From positions 242 to 64,241 of the forward strand of contig PGYB01000022.1 in the NCBI GenBank assembly GCA_002839445.1: DNA of 64,000 bases. Reading direction: 5' to 3'. Positions within the stretch are counted from its first letter, which is position 1; each line of letters begins with the position of its first letter. The notes under the pieces were generated by a model that saw only the letters and a program-made list of their open reading frames with translations, ran no database searches and was not told where the DNA came from. A program made the translations under genes and the position numbers. Source of the DNA: Candidatus Riflebacteria bacterium HGW-Riflebacteria-1 (GTDB lineage: Bacteria > Muiribacteriota > Ozemobacteria > Ozemobacterales > Ozemobacteraceae). Below are positions 45,769 through 55,184 of the stretch, one piece after another.

Positions 45769-46452
45769 TCAGTCGACGCTGAGATGAATGACGGTGCCGC
45801 CGTCTTCGCCGCCCTCGACGCGCAGCACTTTGAGAATGCCCTGCCGCGACTGCTTAAAGCGCTCCTGAAGCGTCAGCAGGTCTTTGTCAATCTTGGCCAC
45901 ATTGTGGCCAAACAGGATCAGGTCCTTTTCAAAACGCTTCAGCATACGGCGCAGGTCTTCGATGTCAGAAACAGTCAGATTACAGCGCTTGACCACCTGG
46001 CCAAAGTTCGGTGCCAGACCGATTTCGGTGACATTATCAGTGATGTGCTGCAGAAGTCTGACCCCGTAGTATTTGTCCATAGGCCGCATGCGCACTATGT
46101 TGCGTGCAGTCTGGTTCTTTACCCAGCCCTTGCGGAGAAAATTATTGAAAATGGCATGGATTTCGTCAGTATCGGGGATTTTGGGCGAAGGGTTGCTGTT
46201 CCAGTGAATCAGACTGCGCCGCGAAGTCATGGTCGGCCGCGACTGATCACGCTTGAGAGGCTCGGTATTAGGCGGAATCCGCAGCGAAATAGTAACCTGC
46301 TTGTCTTTGATATCTTGTGGCATCGGTATGCTGATAGTTGAGTCAGCGCTGACCGAATAGGAAAAAACGCCGGCAAGAACAGCCATTATTCCGAGCGGAA
46401 CAAGGGTTCTCAGTCCAGGTATCGTAAATTTCATGACATACCTCCGTTGCAA
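45769..46452 (-). CDS. Exported hypothetical protein
   Basis: 227 aa. Leader MKFTIPGLRTLVPLGIMAVLAGVFSYSVSA; the internal ATG at 46434 is the likely start. No recognised domain. Confidence 0.55.
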   Translation of the reverse strand: MQRRYVMKFTIPGLRTLVPLGIMAVLAGVFSYSVSADSTISIPMPQDIKDKQVTISLRIPPNTEPLKRDQSRPTMTSRRSLIHWNSNPSPKIPDTDEIHAIFNNFLRKGWVKNQTARNIVRMRPMDKYYGVRLLQHITDNVTEIGLAPNFGQVVKRCNLTVSDIEDLRRMLKRFEKDLILFGHNVAKIDKDLLTLQERFKQSRQGILKVLRVEGGEDGGTVIHLSVD

Positions 46453-46524
46453 TCTTATTCATCGCAGCCTATCGGCAGACCGTGCGAGATTGTTAACTGA
46501 TTGCGGAAATATGTCCGGGCAAAA

Positions 46525-47598
46525 TCAGACGTCGAGTTCGAACAGCTGATTCGGGGTTGCTGTCAGCCGCAAAAGTCCATCTGGCTTGACCATATAGACG
46601 TCTTCGATTCTTACACCGCCCCAGCCTGGCAGATAAATGCCGGGTTCAACGGTAAAAAGCATACCGACCTCAACCTTGTCGACGCATTTTTTTGACAGGG
46701 AAGGCGCCTCGTGAACGTCTAGCCCAAGCGAATGTCCGAGCCCATGACCGAAGTATTCGCCATAACCGGCATCGGTTATCACTTTGCGGGCGATGGCATC
46801 AACCTTGCGGCAGACAACGCCGGCCTTGAGCGCGGCTACAGCTTTGCTCTGGGCTTCGAGAACTGTGTTGTAAACTTTTTTGAACTTTGCCGTAGCCTTG
46901 CCAATAAAGATAGTGCGCGTCATGTCTGAATGATAACCACCATAGACTGCGCCAAAATCGATTTTAAGCATTTCGCCAGCCTTAATTTTGCGTGAAGACG
47001 GCTGGGCATGAGGCTTGGAAGCATTCGGGCCGGAAGCGATGATTGTGTCAAAACTGGGCATCTCAGAGCCGCGCATTTTCATGAAAAACTCAAGATGGGC
47101 GGCTACTTCGGTTTCGCGCATACCAGGCTTAATAACCTTCATCAGATCGGCAAACGAATCATCTGCGATACGAAATGCTTTTTTGAGACAGGCCAGTTCG
47201 TCGGTATCCTTATGACGCCTGAGGTCTTCAACAAGGCTGCTTACCGGTATAAGCTTGATTTTGAATAAATCTGACCAGGCAAGATACTGGTTAAGAGTCA
47301 TGCTCTTTTCTACGCCAAGTTTAGTGATCTTCTGCTTTTTGATCTCTTTTAACAGTGCATCAGCAAGGCCTTTGGTAAACACAACAATTTTGGCGGCATC
47401 GCCAATTTCGGCAGCACTCTGTTCTTTGTAGCGAAAATCAGTAAAGAAAATAGCCTGCTTTGGTGTTACCAGCAGGGTGCCACAAGATCCGGAATAGCCA
47501 CAGAGGTAGCGAATATTTTTAAGGTTGGTGACCAGAAAAGACTGGTAGTTTTTGCTGAAGCTTTTGCGTAACCGGCTGATGCGTTCGGCGTGATTCAT
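46525..47598 (-). CDS. Xaa-Pro aminopeptidase (M24 family)
   Basis: 357 aa. DFGAVYGGYHSDMTRT, HGLGHSLGLDVHE and FTVEPGIY..G.GGVRIED are the M24B metal-ligand blocks. Confidence 0.88.
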   Translation of the reverse strand: MNHAERISRLRKSFSKNYQSFLVTNLKNIRYLCGYSGSCGTLLVTPKQAIFFTDFRYKEQSAAEIGDAAKIVVFTKGLADALLKEIKKQKITKLGVEKSMTLNQYLAWSDLFKIKLIPVSSLVEDLRRHKDTDELACLKKAFRIADDSFADLMKVIKPGMRETEVAAHLEFFMKMRGSEMPSFDTIIASGPNASKPHAQPSSRKIKAGEMLKIDFGAVYGGYHSDMTRTIFIGKATAKFKKVYNTVLEAQSKAVAALKAGVVCRKVDAIARKVITDAGYGEYFGHGLGHSLGLDVHEAPSLSKKCVDKVEVGMLFTVEPGIYLPGWGGVRIEDVYMVKPDGLLRLTATPNQLFELDV

Positions 47599-47621
47599 TG
47601 CCTGTTCTCCTAGTTTATTGG

Positions 47622-48965
47622 TCAGGAATTCTGATTTTTCGGGGCGGTAAAGGTTACTACCGGCCGCCCGCCAAATGAGCTTTTTTCAAGAATGGCAGCG
47701 GCATCGGGAGATGGAGCAATCATGGTTATCGCCATGCGCTTCTGGTCGAGCATCTCTTTGGCCACCTTTTTAACGTCTTCAGCGGTTGTCTTGAGATACG
47801 GCAGAAGCGTGACCTCAGGCAAGCGGGGCTCGACATCATAGAGAAAACCGGTAGAAAGGCGATTCATACGGTTTGTGGTGCTCTCAAGAGCAATGAGCAT
47901 GTTACCTTTGAGCTGTTCGCGGGTATCTTCGAGTTCGCGGGCAGTAAGGCCGCGACTGGCAATTTTTTCGATTTCACTGTGAAAAAGCTCGAGAACCTTT
48001 TCGAGATGCTCCATCGAAGTGCCGGCATAAATACCAAGCAGACCAGTCTTTTTAAACGAAGTATGATACGAATAAACCGTGTAGGCAAGACCGCGTTTCT
48101 CGCGGATTTCCTGAAACAGGCGACTGCTCATTCCTCCGCCAAATGCTGCATTCATTATGGTCATGGCAAAGCGCCGGTTGTCAGAGAATGATACCCCCGG
48201 CGTGCCAAGCGTCAGATGCACCTGTTCAATATCTTTTTGATAGATGGAAACATCGCAGGTCGGCTTTGGCAGTGTTTCACGCGCGCTGAAAGTGCCGGTG
48301 CGCATTTTCTTAAGTTTCTTTTCGAGCATTACTTTCAGCTCATCCCAGACAAAGTTGCCGGCAACGCATATCAGCAGGTTTCCGGTGACGTACTGATTAT
48401 TGAAGAAATCAAAAATATCATCACGCTTCATTGCCGCTACTGTCTGGGCTGTGCCAAGAATCGGGCTGCCAAGTCGCGCATTTTTCCAGATGTTCTGGCT
48501 GAGGAGCTCGTGAATTATCTCATCAGGCGAATCTTCATACATTTTAATCTCTTCGAGAATCACGCGGCGCTCGCGTTCAAGCTCTTCGACAACGAACTGC
48601 GAATTCAAAACCATGTCAGACAACACATCAAGCGCGATATCAAGACGGTCTTTAACCACTCTTGCGTAGTAGCAGCAGTAGTCTTTGGCGGTAAAGGCGT
48701 TCAAGTAGCCGCCAATACGGTCGAACTCGCTGGCAATTTTTTTGGCCGAGCGTTTTTTGGTGCCTTTGAACAACATGTGCTCGATAAAATGCGACACACC
48801 CTGCTGGTGCTCGTTTTCATAGAGCACACCGCTTTTGAGGAACATGCCGATCGATACGCTCTGCACGGTATCAAACTGTTCGGCGATGACCTGTATGCCG
48901 TTACTGAGAGTCTGCTTCAAGTATGGTGACAAATTATTTCTCCAATGTTGGAAACTGCGATTCAT
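47622..48965 (-). CDS. M16-family (pitrilysin/insulinase-type) zinc peptidase
   Basis: 447 aa. The HxxEH motif is in GVSHFIEHMLFKGT, with a downstream E-containing block. Confidence 0.88.
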   Translation of the reverse strand: MNRSFQHWRNNLSPYLKQTLSNGIQVIAEQFDTVQSVSIGMFLKSGVLYENEHQQGVSHFIEHMLFKGTKKRSAKKIASEFDRIGGYLNAFTAKDYCCYYARVVKDRLDIALDVLSDMVLNSQFVVEELERERRVILEEIKMYEDSPDEIIHELLSQNIWKNARLGSPILGTAQTVAAMKRDDIFDFFNNQYVTGNLLICVAGNFVWDELKVMLEKKLKKMRTGTFSARETLPKPTCDVSIYQKDIEQVHLTLGTPGVSFSDNRRFAMTIMNAAFGGGMSSRLFQEIREKRGLAYTVYSYHTSFKKTGLLGIYAGTSMEHLEKVLELFHSEIEKIASRGLTARELEDTREQLKGNMLIALESTTNRMNRLSTGFLYDVEPRLPEVTLLPYLKTTAEDVKKVAKEMLDQKRMAITMIAPSPDAAAILEKSSFGGRPVVTFTAPKNQNS

Positions 48966-49713
48966 CTTCTTCTGGTTCAGAAACAGAATCCGCTGGCTGC
49001 TGTGAATTCATGGCCTTATCCTCATTTATCGGCATAAGTCCCTGACTGTCGTTGAAATCTTTTTCGTTCTGCTGCTGTTCGCCTGACTGCTCAGCTTTCT
49101 GGCCTTCTGGCGTCAGCTGCTCAGGTATATCGATAGAGGGAACCGGCAGTTCTTTGAGACTCTTCATGCCAAAGTAATACAAAAAATCCTGGGTGGTTGA
49201 ATAGAGTCTTGGTTTGCCGAGAACCTGTTTTTCGCCAGAAACATAGATAAGCTTTTTTTCGAGCAGGTTGGCGACAACGCCGTCACAGTTGACGCCGCGT
49301 ATGGCATCAATCTCAGCCTTGGTGATCGGCTGCTTAAAAGCAATAACCGAAAGCGTTTCAAGTGCCGGCAACGAAAGCGAAACCAGCTTTTGCCCATCGA
49401 GACGCTGAATAAACTGCGAAACCCTGGCCTTGGTTGCAAGCTGTACACCATTCTCGAGAATAGCTATCTGCAGGCCACTGCCCTCATCTTCGTCATATGC
49501 CTTTTTGCGGGCCTGTACGACCTCTTCGGCCTTTTCGAGGTTAACACCAAGAATCTCTGCCAGCTTTTCAAAGGAAATCGGGCGGTTCTGCACAAGAAGC
49601 AGGCCATCAAGAGCGGCACAAAGCAGAGAGAAATCGACTTCAACTTCCGGCGCTGTTTCGCCGGCAGGCGATATTACGCTTTCTTCGCTCATCTGCAAGT
49701 TATCTTCATTCAT
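48934..49713 (-). CDS. scpB: SMC-Scp complex subunit ScpB
   Basis: 259 aa. LDGLLLV...P.S...L, FKQPITKAEIDAIRGV and GKPRLYSTT..FL..FG are typical. The acidic C-terminal tail is longer than usual. Confidence 0.85.
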   Translation of the reverse strand: MNEDNLQMSEESVISPAGETAPEVEVDFSLLCAALDGLLLVQNRPISFEKLAEILGVNLEKAEEVVQARKKAYDEDEGSGLQIAILENGVQLATKARVSQFIQRLDGQKLVSLSLPALETLSVIAFKQPITKAEIDAIRGVNCDGVVANLLEKKLIYVSGEKQVLGKPRLYSTTQDFLYYFGMKSLKELPVPSIDIPEQLTPEGQKAEQSGEQQQNEKDFNDSQGLMPINEDKAMNSQQPADSVSEPEEDESQFPTLEK

Positions 49714-50551
49714 CGCTGTCTCCTGAGGCGTAGTTGACTATCTCTTCGCTGAAGCTGTCGGGCTGATCTTCGGGCAAGCCTTCGACTTCGGATTTCTCGG
49801 GGCGGGTTCCCGGTTTGGCCAGGCGCAACAGTATTGGTTGTAAATTGCCCTTCTGTATCGGGTTCAGTTCACCGGTCTTGGTCATTTCGAGAACCGCCAT
49901 AAAGGAAAGAACGGTTTCAAAGCGGCTGGTAGATTTTTTTACCAGCCGGTCAAAAGTCATCTCACCCTTGATCGTTTTAAGCAGGGCCCTGATTTCGTTA
50001 ATGCGGTCGATGATTCCTATTTTCTCGAGAACTACCCGATGGATTGGCGGGCTGATACGCCGGCGCACCAGAGCGTGATAAATGCTCAACAATTCGCCGG
50101 GGCCAACGTTGATTTCGAGAATCTCTTCGGGCTGGCGTTCGAGATCTGTACTACGCGTAAAAATTCGCGAGGCGCCGCGCTCCATCTCGCGCAGTTCAAG
50201 GGCAACCAGTTTGAACTTCTTGTATTCGAGAAGCTTCTCGACAAGAGAGGCGCGGGCATCTTCTTCGAAAAAGCCCTCGTCGATATCGAGATCGCCGCTG
50301 CTCATTTCCTCAGGCTTTTCGCGCGGAAGAAGCATCTTTGACTTGATCTCAAGAAGAGTTGCTGCCATGATCAGAAATCCCGAGGCGACTTCCATGTCGA
50401 GGATTTCCATCATCTGCAGGTATTCAAGATACTGCGCTGCAATGTGGGCGATCGGAATATCGTAAATATTGATCTTCTGCTCTTCAATAAGATGATAGAG
50501 CAGATCGAATGGTCCTTCGAAGACCGGCAGTTTTACCTGATAGCCACTCAT
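49706..50551 (-). CDS. scpA: Segregation and condensation protein ScpA
   Basis: 281 aa. The N-terminus VKLPVFEGPFDLLYHLIEEQKINIYDIPIAHIAAQYLEYL is typical of ScpA. Confidence 0.88.
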   Translation of the reverse strand: MSGYQVKLPVFEGPFDLLYHLIEEQKINIYDIPIAHIAAQYLEYLQMMEILDMEVASGFLIMAATLLEIKSKMLLPREKPEEMSSGDLDIDEGFFEEDARASLVEKLLEYKKFKLVALELREMERGASRIFTRSTDLERQPEEILEINVGPGELLSIYHALVRRRISPPIHRVVLEKIGIIDRINEIRALLKTIKGEMTFDRLVKKSTSRFETVLSFMAVLEMTKTGELNPIQKGNLQPILLRLAKPGTRPEKSEVEGLPEDQPDSFSEEIVNYASGDSDE

Positions 50552-50554
50552 TTT

Positions 50555-51538
50555 TTACAACAGAAACCCCATAACCTGCCTGACCTGCTGCAACACTTCT
50601 GCTGCTGCTGCATGCGCTCTTTTTTCGCCTGAATCGAGCACTTCTTCGACATAGCCTTTGCGCGTCTCAATTTCGGCGCGCCGCGCGCGAATTGGTTCAA
50701 GCATGGTGTTGAGGCGTTCAAAAAGTATAAGTTTGCAGTCGCGGCAGCCGAGACTGGCTGTACGACAACCCTGAGCAATTTCTTCGAGACGATCAGGCGT
50801 ATAAATTTTGTGATAGGCATAAACCGTGCAAACTTCGGGGTCACCTGGGTCGTTGCGGCGAACACGCTGGGGATCGGTAATCATCTGCTGCACCTTAGCC
50901 TTGAGTCCTTCGGGGGTTTCGCGCAGATCGATACCGTTATTGTATGACTTGCTCATTTTGCGTTTGTCAATGCCAAGCAGCAGGGGGACCTGTGACAGCA
51001 ATGCTTCGGGTTCTTTGAGTATGTCGCCGTAGCTGCCGTTAAAGCGCCTGATGATTTCGCGGCTGAGTTCAAGGTGCGGCAACTGATCTTTACCGACCGG
51101 AACGACTTCAGCATTGTACACCGCGACATCGGCAGTCATTAGAACCGGGTACATGAGTTTGCCGAGCGACACTCCAGATCTGGCATCGTCATCGCGCACC
51201 GCATCTTTGAAGGTCGGACAGCGCTCAAGCCAGCCCAGCGGCGTGCAATTACTCAGAATGGTGCTGAGTTCAGCATGTTCATGCATCGAAGACTGTCTGA
51301 AAATAACTGATTTCTCAGGGTCGATACCCACGCTGAGCCAGTCGACAATGATATTTCTGATAATTGTCGGCAGATCGTCAATCTTTATACGATCAGTGAA
51401 AGCGTGCCAGACCGCGGCAAAAAAGAAGCAGTCGTAGGTATCCTGCAGTGACACCCAGTTTTTGAGGGTGCCTTCGAGGTGGCCAAGGTGAAGCGAACCG
51501 GTAGTTCGCATACCGCTGACAAGTCTTTTTTTCGCCAT
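50555..51538 (-). CDS. trpS: Tryptophan--tRNA ligase
   Basis: 328 aa from ATG 51538 (MAKKRLVSGMRTTGSLHLGH). KMSKS motif present. The 94 upstream codons of the track ORF overlap the neighbouring gene and are rejected. Confidence 0.9.
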   Translation of the reverse strand: MAKKRLVSGMRTTGSLHLGHLEGTLKNWVSLQDTYDCFFFAAVWHAFTDRIKIDDLPTIIRNIIVDWLSVGIDPEKSVIFRQSSMHEHAELSTILSNCTPLGWLERCPTFKDAVRDDDARSGVSLGKLMYPVLMTADVAVYNAEVVPVGKDQLPHLELSREIIRRFNGSYGDILKEPEALLSQVPLLLGIDKRKMSKSYNNGIDLRETPEGLKAKVQQMITDPQRVRRNDPGDPEVCTVYAYHKIYTPDRLEEIAQGCRTASLGCRDCKLILFERLNTMLEPIRARRAEIETRKGYVEEVLDSGEKRAHAAAAEVLQQVRQVMGFLL

Positions 51539-51566
51539 GATCGGTGTCTCCTGTAATGTTATTGGC

Positions 51567-52730
51567 TTAGTAATCTGTTGCCCGCAATGCGTCTTCGGTG
51601 GCACGCAGAGTCTCTGAATCGGGGTTGAGCAGAAGCGTCTTCTGCCAGCATTCACGCGCGCGGTCGATGCGTTGCTGCTTATAATAACCCACTCCGAGGT
51701 TAAAATGTGCTTCTGTGTGGCTGGGGGAAATCTCGATCGCCTTTTCCCAGAATTCAATTGCCTTGTCAATGTCGCCCTGGCGATCATATATATTGGCATA
51801 GGTAAAATAGACTGCGGCATCGCGCGAGCCTTCTCTGATCAGTACGTCAAGAATGCGGGTAGCAGCGGCCATATCATTTTCATAATAACTCGCCCGCGCG
51901 AGCAGAAGGCGCTCTTCGGGGGTCAGTCGACCAACCATTTCAAATGGCGCCAGCACCGATACGGCGAGATCATAAAAACCAAGTGTTACAGCCATTTTGG
52001 CGACAGATACCGCTTCAGACTGATCAGCAATGGTTGCCGGGTTGATCATGCGCAGATAATGCTCGGCATTTTCACGATTCAGATTAGCGTCTTCGACACT
52101 TGCCAGAAGCATCAGCAGACGATTATTTGTCGGATCTGCCGCTACCGAACGCCGCAATATGTCTTCTGCCAGCTGATAGCGCATATTCTCGACAAGAACA
52201 CGGCCGACCCTTATCGCTTCATCGCTGCGCAATGTTGATTCTGAGCTTTTCTGTAACAGGTTCTGCAGCTCGGGGTCGCAAATTATGCGCACAGTCGCGT
52301 CTTCGAGAGTAAAATTCAGAACCGGGGCTGCGGACTGGCTACTGTCAACTTTAAAATAGAGGTCAACACGTGACTGCGTTGCGGGAAAAACGTTAAAAGC
52401 ATCACGGGTAGACTTGTTTTCTTTGTCGAGTAAAGAATCAAAGCGGGTGTCGATATCGATGGCAAAGTCTTTAAGCGGGTCAACCCGGTAAGTTTTGACA
52501 CCGGTGTTTACGAAAGTCATGTTGATAAAGATTTCGTCCTGGCGCGACACACCCAGGCCTGAGGCAAACGGCCGGCGCGCTATACTGTTAACCGACATGA
52601 CAAGACCGCTCGGGTGCGCCACATCTTCGCCCATAAGAAATGCTGTTTCGGCGGCAACAGAGGCAGAAACCAGCATCAGAAGGCAAAGGAAATAGAGAAA
52701 CAGTTTGCATCGCGGCTTGTGAAAAATCAT
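51567..52730 (-). CDS. Exported TPR-repeat protein
   Basis: The C-terminal half has TPR-like repeats (AVYFTYANIYDRQGDIDKAIEFWEKAIEISP, AHFNLGVGYYKQQRIDRARECWQKTL). ATG 52730 gives a clean signal peptide; the track ORF extends to 52784. Confidence 0.7.
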   Translation of the reverse strand: MIFHKPRCKLFLYFLCLLMLVSASVAAETAFLMGEDVAHPSGLVMSVNSIARRPFASGLGVSRQDEIFINMTFVNTGVKTYRVDPLKDFAIDIDTRFDSLLDKENKSTRDAFNVFPATQSRVDLYFKVDSSQSAAPVLNFTLEDATVRIICDPELQNLLQKSSESTLRSDEAIRVGRVLVENMRYQLAEDILRRSVAADPTNNRLLMLLASVEDANLNRENAEHYLRMINPATIADQSEAVSVAKMAVTLGFYDLAVSVLAPFEMVGRLTPEERLLLARASYYENDMAAATRILDVLIREGSRDAAVYFTYANIYDRQGDIDKAIEFWEKAIEISPSHTEAHFNLGVGYYKQQRIDRARECWQKTLLLNPDSETLRATEDALRATDY

Positions 52731-52780
52731 GGCCTCAATACTATCACAACCCATGCCGCAAGTAAATTGCGAGAAAGCAA

Positions 52781-53719
52781 TCAATATAACAGCAGCTGGT
52801 AATCGAAACTGTCTGAACTGCGGTCGACGGCTTTCATCAATAACCGCGAGCGTGAGTATCTGCCTGCAAAGGCTTTTTGCAATGGCATCACCAGTTCCTG
52901 TTCATACAGGGTTGGCGGCAAATCTGCGCCAGACCACACTATAGCTGTGATCTGCGAGTTTGCTGAAAGTCTGGTGAAAGTGTAGTAATCATTTGGACGC
53001 TCTATACTGATCTGGTATTTGCGCAACGCCACCTTTAATTCGCGGCGGGCATGTTCGAGATCATCGTGCCCACTTTGCCAGGCAGAAAAAATTACCTGCA
53101 GGGTGGTCTCAGGAGTCTCTTCATCGGCAAACATCAAAGGAAACACCGTTAAACATGCCTCTTTGGCGGCCAGCTCATCAAGCGAACAATTGCTGATGCT
53201 AATTTTTGCTTCGCGCCCGCGAATGAATTCGCCATGTCGATTCAGAATCAGACCCATCAACTCGTCAGGCTGACACAAGTTCTGCATCTCAACGGCACGA
53301 TTGCTCAGCCAGCACGACATAATCTGATATACGGCGGACCAGAAAATTTCACGCTGCGTTTCTTCTTCAATTTCAAACGCTGCTTCTCGCCAGTAGAAAA
53401 GGTAGTCGAGCTGCTGACGGTCAAACCAGCGATCTTTCCAGGCGCGAAACGGATTCATCGACAGGTCGAGCGGGTTTCTGATCTGCTGGTTGAATTTTTG
53501 CAGATTGCTGGCGCTGAAAGAACCGTTCTGGCCATCAAGCCAGGCGCGCAAAATCATGGCCTGGCTGGCCGTCACCGCGTTAACAGTCAGAGCGAAATCA
53601 CGACGGCTCAGCCAGTTCAGAGCTGAGAAGCGATGTATAACCGGAAAAAAAACGGAGTCGACAGTGCCAACTTCAGAAACAGCTTCAAGCAGCCATGAAG
53701 ATTGCAGGCGCAGGTTCAT
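52781..53719 (-). CDS. Hypothetical protein
   Basis: 312-codon ORF overlapping both neighbours by 4 nt (operon-like). No motif recognised. Confidence 0.5.
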   Translation of the reverse strand: MNLRLQSSWLLEAVSEVGTVDSVFFPVIHRFSALNWLSRRDFALTVNAVTASQAMILRAWLDGQNGSFSASNLQKFNQQIRNPLDLSMNPFRAWKDRWFDRQQLDYLFYWREAAFEIEEETQREIFWSAVYQIMSCWLSNRAVEMQNLCQPDELMGLILNRHGEFIRGREAKISISNCSLDELAAKEACLTVFPLMFADEETPETTLQVIFSAWQSGHDDLEHARRELKVALRKYQISIERPNDYYTFTRLSANSQITAIVWSGADLPPTLYEQELVMPLQKAFAGRYSRSRLLMKAVDRSSDSFDYQLLLY

Positions 53720-54393
53720 TTTGGTTTACACTCAAGCGGGCTGCCGATAGCCAGCCAGTTTTTGACCAGTTGCGGATCAAACTGCATTCCTGAGAGTCTC
53801 GTTACTTCGGCAACAATGTCTTCAGCCCTGGCAAACTGGCGGTTTCGGTAAGACCGGCGAGTGTTCATAGCTGATATTGCATCAGCCAAAGCGATGATAC
53901 GTGCTGCCACAGGAATTTCTTCGCCCTTGAGGTTATCTGGATACCCCAGACCATCCCAGCGTTCGTGGTGCCAGCGGATCAGAGAAGGTACTTCATCAAG
54001 GCCGTCAATCTGCGATTTAAGATGAAGTTCGCCCAGTAAAGTGTGAGTACGCAGAAGTTCGAGATCATCACCTTCGAGGCGTTTGTTGCTCTTCATTATA
54101 CTTCTTGGCAAAAGCAGTTCGCCAATATCATGCAGCATGGCAGCGGCATTAAGACTCTGCAACTGCTCATTGTTCAGACCAGAAGCTTCGCCAATCAGCG
54201 CCGACAGACCGGCTATTTCGCTCGAATGCGCTTTATCATAGCCTTCGAGTCGATCAACTATTGAGGAAACGCCACGCAACAACTGCGAATAGCGCTCATG
54301 CGCCGGCATCGCCTTTTCCCGCAAATCGAAATAAAGATAGGCAAACCAGGTAATGACAATGATTAGTATTGCATTGAACAGGGTTATCAACAT
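53716..54393 (-). CDS. Membrane-anchored HD-GYP domain protein (probable c-di-GMP phosphodiesterase)
   Basis: 225 aa. N-terminal TM segment, HDIGELLLP and HHERWDGLGYP motifs. Confidence 0.85.
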   Translation of the reverse strand: MLITLFNAILIIVITWFAYLYFDLREKAMPAHERYSQLLRGVSSIVDRLEGYDKAHSSEIAGLSALIGEASGLNNEQLQSLNAAAMLHDIGELLLPRSIMKSNKRLEGDDLELLRTHTLLGELHLKSQIDGLDEVPSLIRWHHERWDGLGYPDNLKGEEIPVAARIIALADAISAMNTRRSYRNRQFARAEDIVAEVTRLSGMQFDPQLVKNWLAIGSPLECKPK

Positions 54394-54398
54394 ATGGC

Positions 54399-55184
54399 TT
54401 AGAACCCGAAGTTAGCTCCAACAACATATCTGCTGGTTTCATGAACGCGGTCTGGAGTGTATAAACCAAAATCCAGGCTGAGTGCTTCATCAAAGCGATG
54501 GCGCAGACCCACGACAAAGTCGTTACCAGCGTAATCCATGGTCAGGATGGTATCCGGGTCGATATTCAGGCTGGCGCCCATTACAAAAAAGATCGGGTCA
54601 ACAACGGCGCCCTTTTCGGTGTAGCGACCGAAAGCAGCCTTTTTCTGATTCTCATTCATGGCGATATTGGTGCCGAGGCCGAGCACGACGCGGTTGCCTG
54701 GCAGGCCGTTAAGCAGCATCACCGAATTCTGATAGTCTTCATTTGGGTCAATAAAAGCTGCCACAGCCATATTTGATCGGATTTTATATTTGCCGGCAAA
54801 TACCGGGTCGGTCTGATCGGTCTTGCCGTCAATTGAGAAACGCTTTATTATAGCTACTTCGGCATCATCAGAAAAGGCGAAAACCCCTTTAAAAGAGGCT
54901 TCGTTGAATTTGGATTCGCCAATCATGTGCACTGCCGCGCGCGCACCGCCAGGCGGCAGCACTTCGAGACCTGGCACCAGCATTGTGCCGCTTAAGCCGT
55001 TGATGGTGGCGCTTGCCATGCACATCGAGGCAGACGCCATGAACAGCAGAACAAGAAGTATCCTGCCGGCAATAACAGATTCAGTAGCCTTCGATATCGC
55101 GCAACTTTTCGCGAATCTTTCTGGCCTCTTCGTGGCGTGGAAATCGATCGAGAAATTCCTGGTAGGACTTCCTGGCCTGATCAT
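54399..55184 (-). CDS. Probable outer-membrane beta-barrel protein
   Basis: Alternating-hydrophobicity strands and a C-terminal ...VVGANFGF (terminal Phe). The start is uncertain: ATG 55040 lacks a signal peptide, and ATG 55184 overlaps the upstream gene by about 100 nt. Confidence 0.5.
   Translation of the reverse strand: MIRPGSPTRNFSIDFHATKRPERFAKSCAISKATESVIAGRILLVLLFMASASMCMASATINGLSGTMLVPGLEVLPPGGARAAVHMIGESKFNEASFKGVFAFSDDAEVAIIKRFSIDGKTDQTDPVFAGKYKIRSNMAVAAFIDPNEDYQNSVMLLNGLPGNRVVLGLGTNIAMNENQKKAAFGRYTEKGAVVDPIFFVMGASLNIDPDTILTMDYAGNDFVVGLRHRFDEALSLDFGLYTPDRVHETSRYVVGANFGF

Noticed and set aside
48270-48295. Possible parS site: TGTTTCACGCGCGCTGAAAG resembles half of the TGTTTCACGTGAAACA consensus.
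   Set aside because: The palindrome is not completed and the sequence lies inside the M16 peptidase gene. I found no full parS-like 16-mer by eye anywhere in the window.
43469-48929. Plus-strand ORFs antisense to glgX-like, the 227-aa gene and the M16 peptidase (44176-44769, 44926-45555, 45676-46341, 48216-48929).
   Set aside because: They are antisense to genes with clear family signatures or a signal peptide. 45676-46341 also runs straight through the terminator hairpin at 45732-45751.
51539-51820. N-terminal extensions of track ORFs for trpS (to 51820), ppa (to 8289) and glmL (to 19587).
   Set aside because: Internal ATGs at 51538, 8220 and 19452 give N-termini that match the family starts. 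The extensions overlap neighbouring genes.
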